56,521 nucleotides of DNA from Octopus bimaculoides (Eukaryota), in contig NC_068981.1 in NCBI RefSeq assembly GCF_001194135.2, positions 50,191,437 to 50,247,957 of the forward strand, given 5' to 3'. Below the pieces are notes generated by a model, which was given only the letters and a program-made list of their open reading frames with translations, was not told the origin of the DNA and made no database searches. Position numbers and translations under genes: made by a program. Position 1 is the stretch's first letter; each line of letters opens with the position of its first letter. Positions 38,690 to 51,321 of the stretch are shown in pieces.

Positions 38690-40954
38690 NNNNNNNNNNN
38701 NNNNNNNNNNNNNNNNNNNNNNNNNNNNNNNNNNNNNNNNNNNNNNNNNNNNNNNNNNNNNNNNNNNNNNNNNNNNNNNNNNNNNNNNNNNNNNNNNNNN
38801 NNTATATATATGTGCGTGTGTATATGCATATGTATACATACATTCTTCCATATGAGCACGTATATACATATGGTTTTCATTTATCATTTCCTTGTTTTGT
38901 TTTGCTTTTAAACGTTGGCAACATTTTTAGAAATTTTAAAGCGTTCGATTTCATTATTTTATCGATCCACATTAATAAACACTAGTCTTCTTAATATTCC
39001 CGCTCCGTTCGTCATCCACATCTGCTTTATGTGTTTCATTAAATGCTCGGTGATATCAAATATTACAAGAAAATTTTGAGAATGACTTCCCATTCATTTA
39101 AATATTCTCATTTAAATTTCGTTTGCTTCATCTCATTACAATATTTCTATTCTCAAATTTGATCACTTAATCAAAAATATCTCCATCTACACAAACATCT
39201 ACACAATGTGCGGCAAACTGAATCTGGTAAATACTCACAGGCTGACATTCACAGCAATTTTATTTTGACTTCATTTTCCATATCACTGATGTGTATTATA
39301 AACGTTTCCATATGCGCATATGTCTGTACACGCGAATATGCATATTTGTGAGCGTTATTTTTTGTGTAATATGTTCTCTGGCTTCTTTCATAATAACAGA
39401 TGATCTTATTGTTATTCCTTTTATGTGACACATATTAATCGACGGGTTAATTTTATTAGCTGTTGTGGAATTTTCATCGCATACACACATAACGCACACT
39501 CAAACATTCTACACATCTGCATATACATATATTCCATAGGTGGCTGTTTCTAACATATCCGCTATATTATTCCAAAAATATTTCAATAATTTGCATTCCT
39601 TTAAAAATAAATCAAACTTGTTTTATAATTGCAATGCTTTGTGATGAATTCAAATTCAAATTAAATATTACAGTGAACAAATAAATGTTAAAATATAAAT
39701 GACGATAGTATGGTTTCAAAATACATAAATATCGGATGCAAGTATAATTACAACAGTTATATACATGCACATCCATAGAGATATCTGTAAATATGTAAAT
39801 AGTTATAAGAACAGGCGGGATACAACAAATATTAAACGAACTGAAGCAATTAATAAAATCTCGGTTGCATTAATTTTAGTTTGATTCAATATCATCATAA
39901 ACAACATACCGTCATTCAACATCAGACAACCGCCATCCACTGCCTCACCAGTCACAACCTCCACCAAAACCACCACCACCAACAACAACAATAAGAATAA
40001 CAGCAGTAGCAACAATAGAACGGCCACAATCAGCAGCAGCACCATTTTCAGCAGCAATATAATTATCATCAGTCTAACCATCAACTTCATTATCTTATTT
40101 ATCAGCGCTTTAAATCTTCCATGCTAGTATCGTAGTCATCACACTTACATTCATAGACACTCCCATTACCATGGAAATGACCGTGAGAGAAACGTCATCT
40201 TTTCTGTATGTCGAATTCTTTTTAATTTTATTATGTAATCTGACATTTTAGACTAAGTACATTCACAATGAGAGAACTACCAAATTTGAACAAATACATA
40301 GTAATATTCAGCTCGTCATTATCATCGTTATTGCAATCATTTTTTTTTTTTGTTTGTGTATAGATACTGCCATCATAAACGTTTCATCATGCGGTTGCCA
40401 TAAACATCTCCATTAACAATGAGAATGTGATGATTTATAAAGCCACTTCAATCTTTGACGTACACTATCTTTGAGAGGGTTGCCAGTTATGATGAAAAAA
40501 ACCCTCCCTGCTACGTGAGAGACTTACCACCACTGGGCACGATTGCATTTTATGTTGGTCTCAGTGCATGTTGTAAGGTGACAGTAACATCATTGTGATT
40601 ATCAGTAACACCAACTTCAACAGAGATGTTAATCGAAGCTAATGAGACAGACTTCATTCCTAACCCGTTGCACGAAAACTCGGTAGATGTTACACTGTTA
40701 TAATTATCATCATCACCATCATTATCATAGCCAGTTGCAACAGCAGCATCGCTATCATCATTGGAATCATATTCTTATTATGAGTTTTCCTTCCTTCAAT
40801 TTTGTTTTCATTCCTAGCTAAATGTGTTCCGACAGCTAGGGCAGAGATACTGTACACATCGATAAGCCATTAAAATAAACACACCATTTCATTTACAAAA
40901 TCAAATAATAATGTAAAATATATTATTTACATGTAAGTTATCGTTCTCACTGCA

Positions 40955-41430
40955 ACAATTCTCTTCTCAATACATATGGCATTCGACTTCGAAAGTCGTT
41001 TGCAGCTCTTTGGGAAATTGTAATCCAGAGAGCATTCCCAAGTAATTTTCAGTTCCGTTTTTGATTATTCCTGGTGCTCCTACAACCACAGATATCGCAG
41101 TCGCCTGGAGATGTCACACTTCTTTTTCCAATTCAATGAAAAAATATTTATTTTTCTGAGCTTGTCAAATTCATTTGCAGAAAAATTAAGATCATAAATG
41201 ATACTCATCTCGATCAATAAGCAGACTTTAGCACTGTGATCTAATACAATATCCAGTTTTTCATCTTTGTTGATTCTATCTGTAAATACTGGAAAGTCCC
41301 CAAAAAACGTTGGATTTTCTCTCTCAGTTACAGTCTCAAGCTGATGATTACATCACTAGCCAACATCTTCGAATTTATGATGCCAACTTGTTAACCACGC
41401 CAATTCTACAGTGCCTTGCTTTATACTCAA
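40955..41430 (-). mobile_element. Old R4/Dong-type LINE 3' relic (not in the ORF track)
   Basis: EYKARH...CNHQLETVTERENPTFFGDFPVFTDRINKDEKLDIVLDHSAKVCLLIEMSI...SANEFDKLRK...VVVGAPGIIKNGTENYLG aligns motif by motif with 9598-10127. Confidence 0.72.
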
Positions 41431-41459
41431 CTCGAGCTGTTATAATTTAGGATGCCGCA

Positions 41460-42709
41460 TATTATCCAATATCGTGATGTTGATTGAAGGTATTGTGTCT
41501 ACCAATAGTTTGTACTAGCTGCCAAGTCACAAGAAGGTCTTCAGACAGACAGTACGTTACGCAATACGCGTGCTGTTCCAAGTAATGCTGATTTTTGCAA
41601 TACACCTAAACTATAGGGTATTTCTAAAGTTTCTACATGTTTCTTCAGCCTGGGTGATATTGAACCCAATGCTTCGATGACAACAGGGTCGATCTTTATG
41701 TATGTCTCTCGTAGCTGCTACAACTTGGTGATCTCAAATCTCAGGTCTCCATATTTATCAATCTTTTCTTTTTCTTTCATGATGATATGTTGATCACCTG
41801 GCACTGCTACGTCGATTATTAAGCACTCTTGTTTGTCTCTCCTACTACCTTCTCTGCCTGGAAGTTAAAGTCCCAGAGGATTTTTGCCTTCCTCTGTTCA
41901 TCCATTACCTTTTCCAGTGTATGTTGGTGTCAAGGACCCGTTACCTCGTATCCGTACTTCCGGCAGAGTAGCCAGTGAAGGTCTTGGGAACTTACCGTGT
42001 CTGCATTTGTACTCTTTCTGCGCAAGACTTTCCCATGCAATAACTATGTGAGTCACGCTTTCGACCCTCTTCCCACACATTCTGCAGGGATTCGTTACAC
42101 TTATGCGGTATATATCCATATTCACTGAGTTGGTATTCAATGCCTGAAAATGGGCAGCGATGATTAGGCATTTAATATTCTTTTTTAGGTCACGCATGCT
42201 GATCCACCTCCATGATGCTTTCAGGTATTTTAAGTTGTTCGTTTCACGCTAGAACTGACCGTGCAATTTCCGGTGGAGTAGAGTATCTTCGCTCTCCTTC
42301 GCTATCTGTAATCGGGATTCGCTAGTATTCTAAAGTTCAGTCCGTCTGCATTTACAGCGTACTCTAACAGGTCTCATTTGCTGTCTACCAAATATTCTGT
42401 CATGCAACCTCTTTCGCTGTTGATGCACTCTTGTACGCTAATCCGCCCACGTCCACCTGTATACTTCTTCATGTAGAGCTTGGGTATGTTCACCTTAGGA
42501 TCGATGTCGTCATGGATTGTCATTGTCTTTCGTGCAGTGCGATCGAGTGGGTTAATCTCGGCATGTGTCCATTTCAAGATAGGTGCACTATAGCGGACGA
42601 CAGCAATAGCCCATATGCTGATGGGAGTCACAAGGTTCCTAGATTTGAGTTTTGATTTCAAGAGAAAATGGAAGCGCTTCATTGATTCAGATGCCTGCTT
42701 TTCATTGTC
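41460..42709 (-). mobile_element. R4/Dong-type LINE, 5'-truncated (RT C-terminus, Zn knuckle, RLE)
   Basis: LKSKLKSRNLV..I..WAIAVVRYSA, KLYMKKYTGGRG, CRMCGKRVESVTHIV...QKEYKCRH, CLIIDVAVPGD...KEKEKIDKYGDL and LQKSALLGTARVLRNVLSV* (stop at 41541-41543). Confidence 0.9.
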
Positions 42710-42852
42710 ATTGAACGCGTCCTTCCTTACCTGAAACCGATAAGAATAAAAGTCATATTCAGTGATGTCTTTGATTCAGTCATTGTCCGTCCAGAGCACA
42801 TTCCAGCCATCTTACCCACAAGGAAAAAGAAGTACATAATGAAATGGGTCAT

Positions 42853-42909
<57 letters not shown>

Positions 42910-42941
42910 NNNNNNNNNNNNNNNNNNNNNNNNNNNNNNNN

Positions 42942-42999
<58 letters not shown>

Positions 43000-44175
43000 C
43001 TGCACAACTATATCCAGAGGTTTGATGCTTGGATTATTGGTATCATCTCCCACCATGATCACAGCAACGTCTGATGCAGTTGGTTCACTATAGGTTCTCA
43101 CATGTGACCCAGCAGGAATAAGCCGTTTGTCATCACTTATGATAATATCGCCGGTACAAATTTTTGTTGGTGCAGAGTATTCCTTAATTATATCAACAGC
43201 CTGTTTAAAACGTTTCACATATGGATTGTGCATTTTCAGTGCTCTCTGCAAGTCTAGCAGGATGTTCTCATTAAAGTCATTGTCAGCTCCTCTGAATGAC
43301 AAACTGTTTCCCATCTCATTTTAAGTGTCAACGAAATAGAGCTGTGCAAAGACAGTCTTCCTATTTACTGCTGGTAGGAGACTGTCTATGCGGTGGTACA
43401 ACTTTTCTTGAATCTTGAAAGATGGCATAAAAGTTCTACCACCCGGTAGTCCAACTGGTGGGTTATCCAGTCCAAATTACTGCATAGATTAACATCATAG
43501 CACTTAGTTAATTCTGGGGGCTTTTTTATGTGTAGAGTTTTGTCTTTGCTCATTTGTCCTTTGCCACATCAGAGGGTAGTTTTCTCAGGACCCCAAAAGA
43601 AAGCTTTGCAGTTAGGGTATGTTCTGTTAAAAATGTTTCCACAGTAGTGCAACATAAGGCTTGAGTTTCATTCTTTTTCATGTAAATATACCACAGCAAC
43701 ATCCATAGCAGTTCTCTCCGTCTCAGTTCTTTGCTGACGAAGTTTCGTTTGGTATCGTGCCTAGCTGTTTGCTTTTCGCTGCCAAATTTGTGGCAGTGAC
43801 GTGTTTCCTCTAGAGTCCTCCTTCCTCAGCCGATCAGTATTCCTCCGGGCTTCTGTTTCTTGTGGCCTTTCCATAGCCCGGGTTTCCTGGGTTCTCATTT
43901 GATTCGCATTACTCCATGCTTCTGAATATTCTAGTCCTTTCCATTGCACAGGTTTCCTGTCTCCTCAGCCGATCTGCATTTCTCGGTACCTCTGCTTCTT
44001 CTGGTATTTCCATTGCGCGGGTTTCTTGCATTCTCCTTCGCTTTATTTCGGGACAGTGAGAAGAGCTATGTCCTTGTCAGTTTTCTTCACCTAGCGTCTG
44101 TTGTCTTTGCACAGCGATCTTTTGTGAACGGGAATTTTTTCGGGACAGGTTGTTGCCCTTTCGTTTTCTGGGCAT
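42710..44175 (-). pseudogene. Helitron Rep/helicase ORF, N-terminal remnant
   Basis: MPRKRK start at 44175, 23-aa repeats, FKIQEKLYHRIDSLLP...FAQLYFVD, LQRALKMHNPYVKRFK, RTYSEPTASDVAVIMVG...DIVV, RSYDPFHYVLLFPCG*DGW and DFYSYRFQVR are conserved Helitron motifs upstream of the Rep domain. Multiple stops and frameshifts. Confidence 0.88.
42858..42995. repeat. (TC/GA)n microsatellite with a gap, inside the Helitron remnant
   Basis: Direct reading. Confidence 0.97.
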
Positions 44176-44317
44176 AGTGTACTTTTGAAAAAGTGAATAT
44201 TTATGACAAATATATAGTGAAAGTTTTGAGACGATTCAGCTACCATTTGAGTTAATTTCTCTGAACGGGAAGTTTTCACGGTATTTATTGCAAATATTTC
44301 CAATGGGTATTTATATA

Positions 44318-44757
44318 CAATTACACCACTATTGCTAAACACTATTTTAAAGTGCGATTTTTATGTTGTCGAATTGCACTAACCGAATTTAACCATAAAA
44401 ATGTGGGAAATCTATTATTGTTTAAGTTAATAATAAAATTAGTCGAACCTATTTTCATACAGTCAAATACGCAGTTTTCGAAAGTTTCACATTCTTTTAC
44501 GTCTGCTATTTCAGAATTCTACGCATGCATGAAACATCAGACAAAAGTACATTCAATAACATATTCGTAAACGCAAAGGCGTAAACAGGCATAACGATAA
44601 CTCCGACAGCCGACGGCATGAAAATAGGTCCGCAAATTGTATTACTATCTTCAAAAATACTAACTTTCCAACATTTTAATGGTCAAATTCGTTTAGAGCA
44701 ATTCAATGATATAAAAATAGCACTTTAAAAGTATGTTTAGCAAGTATGGCGTAATTG
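44318..44757. mobile_element. MITE/foldback element with ~146-bp TIRs and TA flanks
   Basis: 44318-44464 is a roughly 75-80% inverted match to 44612-44757. The ends read TA|CAATTAC...GTAATTG|TA. Confidence 0.8.
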
Positions 44758-45254
44758 TAATTTTCACCGAAGTCTAACAGTATCTTTTTTTCGTTTCGTT
44801 TTCAAAATGACACCGATAAAGACATTTGAAAGAACGGAATTGAGAGAGGGGAGAAATAGAGTTATGAGTGGTAACATTGTACGAAAGAGTGAGTTCAATA
44901 TGTTATATATATATATATATTTATATGTGTGTGTGTGCGTGCGTGTGTGAGGGAGAGAAAGAGACAGAGAGAAAAGAGACAGAGAGACAGAGACAGACAG
45001 ACAGAGAGAGAGAGACAGAGAGAGACAGAGAGAGAGAGAGAAACATCAAAGTAATATCGAAGGAGTCATGGAAACGATCGTAACTGGTTAAGAGAGAGTG
45101 AATTAAGAGTAGCAGTAAATATGTAGGAGAGAGAGTATGAGAGTCCTAAGAGGTAAGATTTCATGCAATTCTCTCAATTACCACTCCTCACACTACAGCT
45201 CTCAGTAAGAGAAAGAGGTAGTGAGCATGAGGAATAGTAGGTGAATCATTGACT

Positions 45255-45625
45255 AGTGAGAGAGGGTTAATTTGTTTTATCGGATTTTACCAGACTGGAA
45301 CCGGACCGGATAATTTTCATGAATCCCAAACAGATGTTAACACTCTCCGGGTAACCACGGTTCCTAATTCCAAGTTTGGTCAAAATCAGTTAAGCGGAAG
45401 CAAAGTGGCCACAAGGATTGGTTTCACATACACTTAGAATTTGAATGCGGTCCCCTCAGAATGGAAGCGGGCCGTATAATTTTCGAGAATCCCATAGAGA
45501 TGTTGACACTCCCGGTACCCACGGTTCTCCATGCCAAGTTTGGTGAAAATAGGTCCAGTGGTTGCGGAAAACTTTTTTAACAAAATTTTGGCACAGACAC
45601 ACACAGACATAAATAACTTACATTT
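45255..45625 (+). mobile_element. Possible DINE-1/HINE-like non-autonomous element with an internal ~166-bp tandem repeat
   Basis: Two diverged units (45291-45399 and 45457-45569). The 3' part ccaagtttggtgaaaat.ggtccagtggtt...acagacacacacagac resembles ends I recall from invertebrate rolling-circle-associated repeats. Confidence 0.45.
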
Positions 45626-46149
45626 GCAGCAGCCATTTTGATGAAATATAAAATGTGTAATACTTTTGACCTACAAATACAGGTATATCAAAATAACAAG
45701 AAAAAACGTGTTAAGCTCAGATCAAAATATATCTCAATCCTTAAAAAGAAAATAACGAAAATAACTACATGAAAGAAAGAAAGGCATATGAAATGTAAGA
45801 CAATGAAAGCTTTTTAAAGTCGAATATCATCTTCATTAGATCGTGAGAATGCTGCCGATATTAAGTAAAAAGTAACCGCCAAGAAGTGGGTAAAGCGTTT
45901 AGTTCAGCACCAAACTAAAATGTATTTTATGGAGGACTATGATATGAATGAATATAAGTAAAACGTAAATACAAACTAATTGAGCACCAAAAGCAAATGT
46001 AAGGGGAAACTTCGATTGTAGAGTATTGAACGGGCAAAGCTCCAAAATATATTAGAGGCTATATTGATATCACCAAATGTGCTAACAGAAAAGATCTCCA
46101 AAAATATTGAGATAATATAATTACTAAAGTTTAGATGAACTATATTGGA

Positions 46150-47400
46150 GTTACAAATATATAATTACCTTCCAAAAGAGGTGTAAACTCAATTGAATGA
46201 CTCGAGTATAGGAACAGGAACATAACACCTAAGACTACAGAACTACTTTATACAAACAGTCATAGTGACAACTGCACATGTGAAGATAACGAGTGGTTAA
46301 CTGCAATAATATCACAGAACGAATATTATTTCAAAACATTTTCAGAAGGTCAGAAAAATAAACACTGATAAAAACAAACAATGATAAAAAACAAGATATT
46401 TTGTTTCGTCTTTATTTTATCTCTAAGGAATGTTTCTCTTTTAGTTTAAAATTATCAGGAAACAAAGTACATACAGCACATATCCCAAAAGCTGTGTTCT
46501 CTAATCTGTTTTATTCAAAACACAAAGGTTTCTTTCTACTGTCAGCGGCTGTGAAAATCCAAATAAACGAGAAGAAATCGATGGATCAAAGACCACTTCC
46601 TAGAAATTGTACACACATTATTAACATCTATTTCCTACCCAATAGACACAAGAACCATAATATTGATCTATGAGATCTGGTGGAAAAAAATCTATATTTA
46701 TTGGGGAATGTATACATATCCCTAGTAAATAAAACTGCTTCAAAATAAGAATATACGAATTAATACACTCCAAATAAAACAAACCAACAAAACACTTACA
46801 CAAAGATCTTATTCCAGGAACCAATGAAAGTATCAAAATGGCGCCTGCATAGCATACAATTCCGACACCATACAACGCGGAACAAAACAGAAGAAAAAAT
46901 AAATGATGACAATTATGACACACGCAAGCAATCATGCAAACACTTGTCAACAACACTCGCACACCATGCATAGCAATAAAGATAATAAAACCATATAATT
47001 CACAAGATTCAGCAGATTAACAAAAGGAAAATATAGCAGAAATATAAAAAAAGAACAATTACATATAACTCTAACCTACCTAGGTCAATAAAAGGAAATA
47101 CCTCTCAAACTGCATGTAAACAAAAATACAGAGAATGTAATACCCCAAAACTGATACAATCATGAATAGGGTAAACAGTGGATTAAATCAGTTACCATGA
47201 CATTATCGAAGAAAATATAGGTCGAACCTATAATACATAGCAATATCCTTTAAACAAACAGATCTAAACAAAAGGCAAATACTGTACATTACATATGTTT
47301 CACAAAAAGAGAAATGTCATAGGCATGTTTGTTGAAGAAATAAGTGAATTTTAACAGGAACAAGGAACAAAATACCTTACGTCATAATTAAAATTGTCTT
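46150..47400 (+). mobile_element. Probable very degraded Penelope-like ORF (second family)
   Basis: A-rich strand with scattered, correctly ordered motif ghosts: Q...SIGT..TP (about 46195), KSIFIGECI (46688), C...*IG*T for YIGET (47163) and GTKY.Y..N (47364). Followed by a hammerhead-bearing repeat. Confidence 0.42.
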
Positions 47401-47485
47401 CAATCAATTGAATTACAATTATAACCATATATGTATCGTTGGCGATTTTCTTCCTCCGTCTTCCTTTTCTATTGGACTTCCCTCT

Positions 47486-47520
47486 GTTTCTGAATAAGAG
47501 CGTTGCTCGAAACATTAAAC
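47486..47520 (+). ncRNA. Degenerate minimal hammerhead motif (second family)
   Basis: GTTT-CTGAATA-A-GAGC(GTT)GCTC-GAAAC-ATT-AAAC: stems I and II are intact, but G8 is T and G16.2 is A. Confidence 0.62.
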
Positions 47521-50500
47521 CATCTTTCTTTCCTTCCCTGAGCGCCTCCTAATACTTTATGTGTAACACCTCCTCATGTTGTTGTTTTTTTTGTTTGTTC
47601 TCATTTTTAGGGATGTACTANNNNNNNNNNNNNNNNNNNNNNNNNNNNNNNNNNNNNNNNNNNNNNNNNNNNNNNNNNNNNNNNNNNNNNNNNNNNNNNN
47701 NNNNNNNNNNNNCACGAGTGGAAATATATATGAAAAAATGTTTGAAAATACAATTTAAAAGGTGTTTATTCATTTGACTGGTTTCACTTTTTTCGAAAAA
47801 TATTGTCAAAAGGAAAATGTAAAGCTTTGTATAAGCTTTGTTGTGTTAAGTACTGGTTGTCACAAAAGTATTAAAATACATATATACATTCTTTGGTAAT
47901 TATAAGAAAATGTTAACAAGAGAATATTCATAAAAAAAGTATTAGGGGTTCGATAAAAATCACGTTTGTTTGGTAGTATATATATACACAGAACAAGATA
48001 TATTTAAGAATGTTTTCTCTCTTGTGTGTAGCTAGGTAATGTTTGCTATTTTAAGGGACAGTGTGAGAGGTTGGTTGTGGTGGGGGAACGAAGTGCAATG
48101 TAGAATTTTAAAAAATATTATTTTTGTTTCTGAGAGCTTGAGAGTAGATGTAGATCAGATACATTGCCACAGCAAAGTATATAGTGACGATCTATTAGAA
48201 CGTAACAGCAGTGCGTCTAATAAAATGCTGAGAATCAAGAAATAGTCGACTGTTTTGTATAATGAGATACCGTTACAAAACCAAAACATTTATTCGTGTT
48301 CCAAAATTTAAACGGAAACAAACAGAAAGTACGCACCCAAAATGGGACATTGCTACTTCCTCGTCACTTATCTTCCAAATCATCCTTACTATTTCACTCC
48401 TTTAACGATAATATTGTTCACCTTTGGTGGCGTCAGCGGTGTGAAGCTGTTGGGAATAGCAAAATGACTTTGGGGACACTGACGAAAACAAGCATTACAC
48501 AAATGTGAAAATACAAATAAAATAAAATATATATGATACAAAAATAGGCCATAGGGCTTTAAGACAAGACAAACATGTGATTAACGCGAAAGAAAATGTC
48601 CTATACAAACAGAAACTAAAATGGGAAAAGGTGGAAAACCAGAACGAAAGGCCAAAAAAAAAAATGAACGTCGAAAAGAAGCAAACCGTATTGAAGGAAG
48701 AAAAGGAGAAATGGAGAAACGTGACCGATCGAATCAAGGGTCAGGTGCAAAAGGAAGTAGAACAGTGAGACGAAAATGACCGTGAGCCAAGTAATATTAG
48801 GAGGAGAGAGAAAATGTGGTGGGGCACAGCTTCGCATAAAAAAACTTATCCACAATAAGTGAACTACAGTTAGACTAAATGTTTAATTGAGAAAGAAAGG
48901 ACATTTGAAGTAAAAGGGCTTTTTGTAAAGATATGATATAGTTAACAAGTATTGTAACGTCTATAGTATTGCTAGGCACCTTTGAAATAGCTGCGAAATG
49001 TACCTTGTGCATACTTTGCACAAGGTACATTGCACGGATCTTACATAACGAACGCTGATAGTATGAATAAAAATAGGATGTTTCTGCTAGCATGCATGTG
49101 ATCATAGCTTCGCATTATGTCAGTTAGCCTAGGAATTACAAAATAATAAAACATAAAGAACAACAGCAAAACCATTCTAAAAATCTCCCCTTAAGTCTTT
49201 TGAAAGAAATAAATCGTTGATAATGCAGTCCTGGAGATATTATGTGAGAAAGCAATTAACTTATGGTGACAACTGAAACGCTGCCAGAATAATGGTTCCA
49301 GTGTCTACCATCATACCATAGATATTCTCGATAAAATCTTACCTAAGGCTAAGGCAACATGAATAACAAAAGCAGTAACAAGAGTAGCAACAACAGCAAC
49401 AACTACTACAACGTCAATATCAACAACTACAACAGCAACAAAATGAACACAGTAAAATATACACCAACAAATATAATAACGTCAAAAAGAACATCTACAG
49501 CAAAGGTATAAATATAGATAAAAACATAATTTCAATACCACCCCCCACCAAAAAAAAATAATCAGAAATGAAATTCTCCATAGTAGATATCCTGTCAGAC
49601 TAGACTGAGAGAATGGTAACTCATATGAAATTTGACTGCCATTGGAAAGCTGCGAGAGAAATTTTGATATTAGCTGCATCTGATCAATAGATATTTACAA
49701 GCACTACAGCAATATTATAAAACAAGAAGCTAATGTTCATTGTTGAAAATGCAACCAACTTAATATTAATGCTGATAATAACAATGATTCCTGATAATGA
49801 TTATAACAACATTAATAAAATTAAGAGTGATAACGTTAATAAAATTAAATTCTTTTATTTGGCTGCCAGATTACATGACGTAAAATAGTAATTGAAACAA
49901 AGTACGCTTAAATTTAAATAGTACTGATATCATTTAGTGTCACTTACAAATGTACGAGTGTCCACCGACTAGACTAAATAAAGGTATTCCATAATGGAGA
50001 TCGCATCTGACAAATCCATATCACTAAATCAGGCAGTGTAGCTGAGCATCCGCTGTTTCGGGCTAGGCAGAAAATATTTCATATCTGGGGCAACATTACA
50101 AAAGAGTAGCACAGCGTAGTTCAGAAATATTCATTAATGCTAGTGTCAATAAACCATTAATTTGAAACCTAAATGCTCTACATACTTCACACAATCCATT
50201 GCAAATACTTTTGTATTCTTTCCTTTCATTTATTAGTTCTACTAGCTGTTCCTTTCCATAACAAAATCTGAAAACTTCACTCCAGCATCTAAATTCTCAT
50301 TTAAATTATTGAGTTGTGTGTTTTACCCTTTTTTGCTTTCACAATCTATTGGCCACCGTAGATTTAATCTTCGTTCATTCTCCATTATTATAGGATGATG
50401 GACTGGCGCTTGTTATCGCAGAATATTGCGAAATATGTAGTATTCATAATCCAGCTCCTTCCTTTTTTAATTGTAGACGAGATTATCTCATTAACAATTT

Positions 50501-50871
50501 CTGTGTTTCATTGGCGTTCTGGCAAATGCAACGTATGCAAGCTATTGTTGCTGTGATTTTTATTCAGTAGCTATTCCAGACCGTTTGGGCAAATACGTAA
50601 ATAACCACCATACTTTACGTTCGGCAGCTGATTATCGTATTGTACAATACTTATGTCAACCTTCCATCACATTATTCAACAAAACAGGAAGATCATGGAT
50701 ACTTCTCTTTCGTTAATGAATCTCGGCGACATTGCATATCAATAAACAACACCAAAGAGCAATTATCACGAACAGTCATACCCGCATTGACTACCTACTC
50801 ATAATGCAGTTCAGATGGAATCATTTGGGGTATAAAAATAGTTTATTATTCTGTATTTTATCCAATGTAAG

Positions 50872-51083
50872 ACGGTGCGCTGGCAGAATCATCACCACGC
50901 CAGGTGATGAACTGCATTTCATCCATCTTTACGTTCTGTGTACGAATGCTGCCAAGGTCGACTTTGCCTTGCATCATTTTGGATCGAGAAAATAAGTACT
51001 AGTTGAGTACTGGGGTTGATTACACCGACGTACATCCTCACCCGAAATTGCCGGCCTCGTTTCAAAATTGGAACCATTATTAT
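50872..51083 (+). mobile_element. SINE family A (degraded)
   Basis: gcgctggcagaatc...aggtcgactttgcctt.catc...aaaataagtactagttgagtactgggg...attattat. Confidence 0.75.
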
Positions 51084-51253
51084 ATTAAAGAATATGCCCA
51101 TTTCTTTTAGAAGTGTTTGCATGTGATATGAATGAGTTTTTTGAGCAATTTCAATTACGACAAGTGAATTATTTGAGGTCTTCATTAGAAAGCAAGATTG
51201 TAGAGCAACTATGTTATTTAAAACTGTAATCAATTCTGCATAAACCAACAATT

Positions 51254-51256
<3 letters not shown>

Positions 51257-51312
<56 letters not shown>

Positions 51313-51321
51313 AGAGAGAGA
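51257..51321. repeat. (GA)n microsatellite
   Basis: Direct reading. Confidence 0.97.

Noticed and set aside
48715-48765. Minus-strand hairpin tgacc-loop-ggtca-cgtt resembling a hammerhead stem II
   Set aside because: Both halves of the catalytic core are absent.
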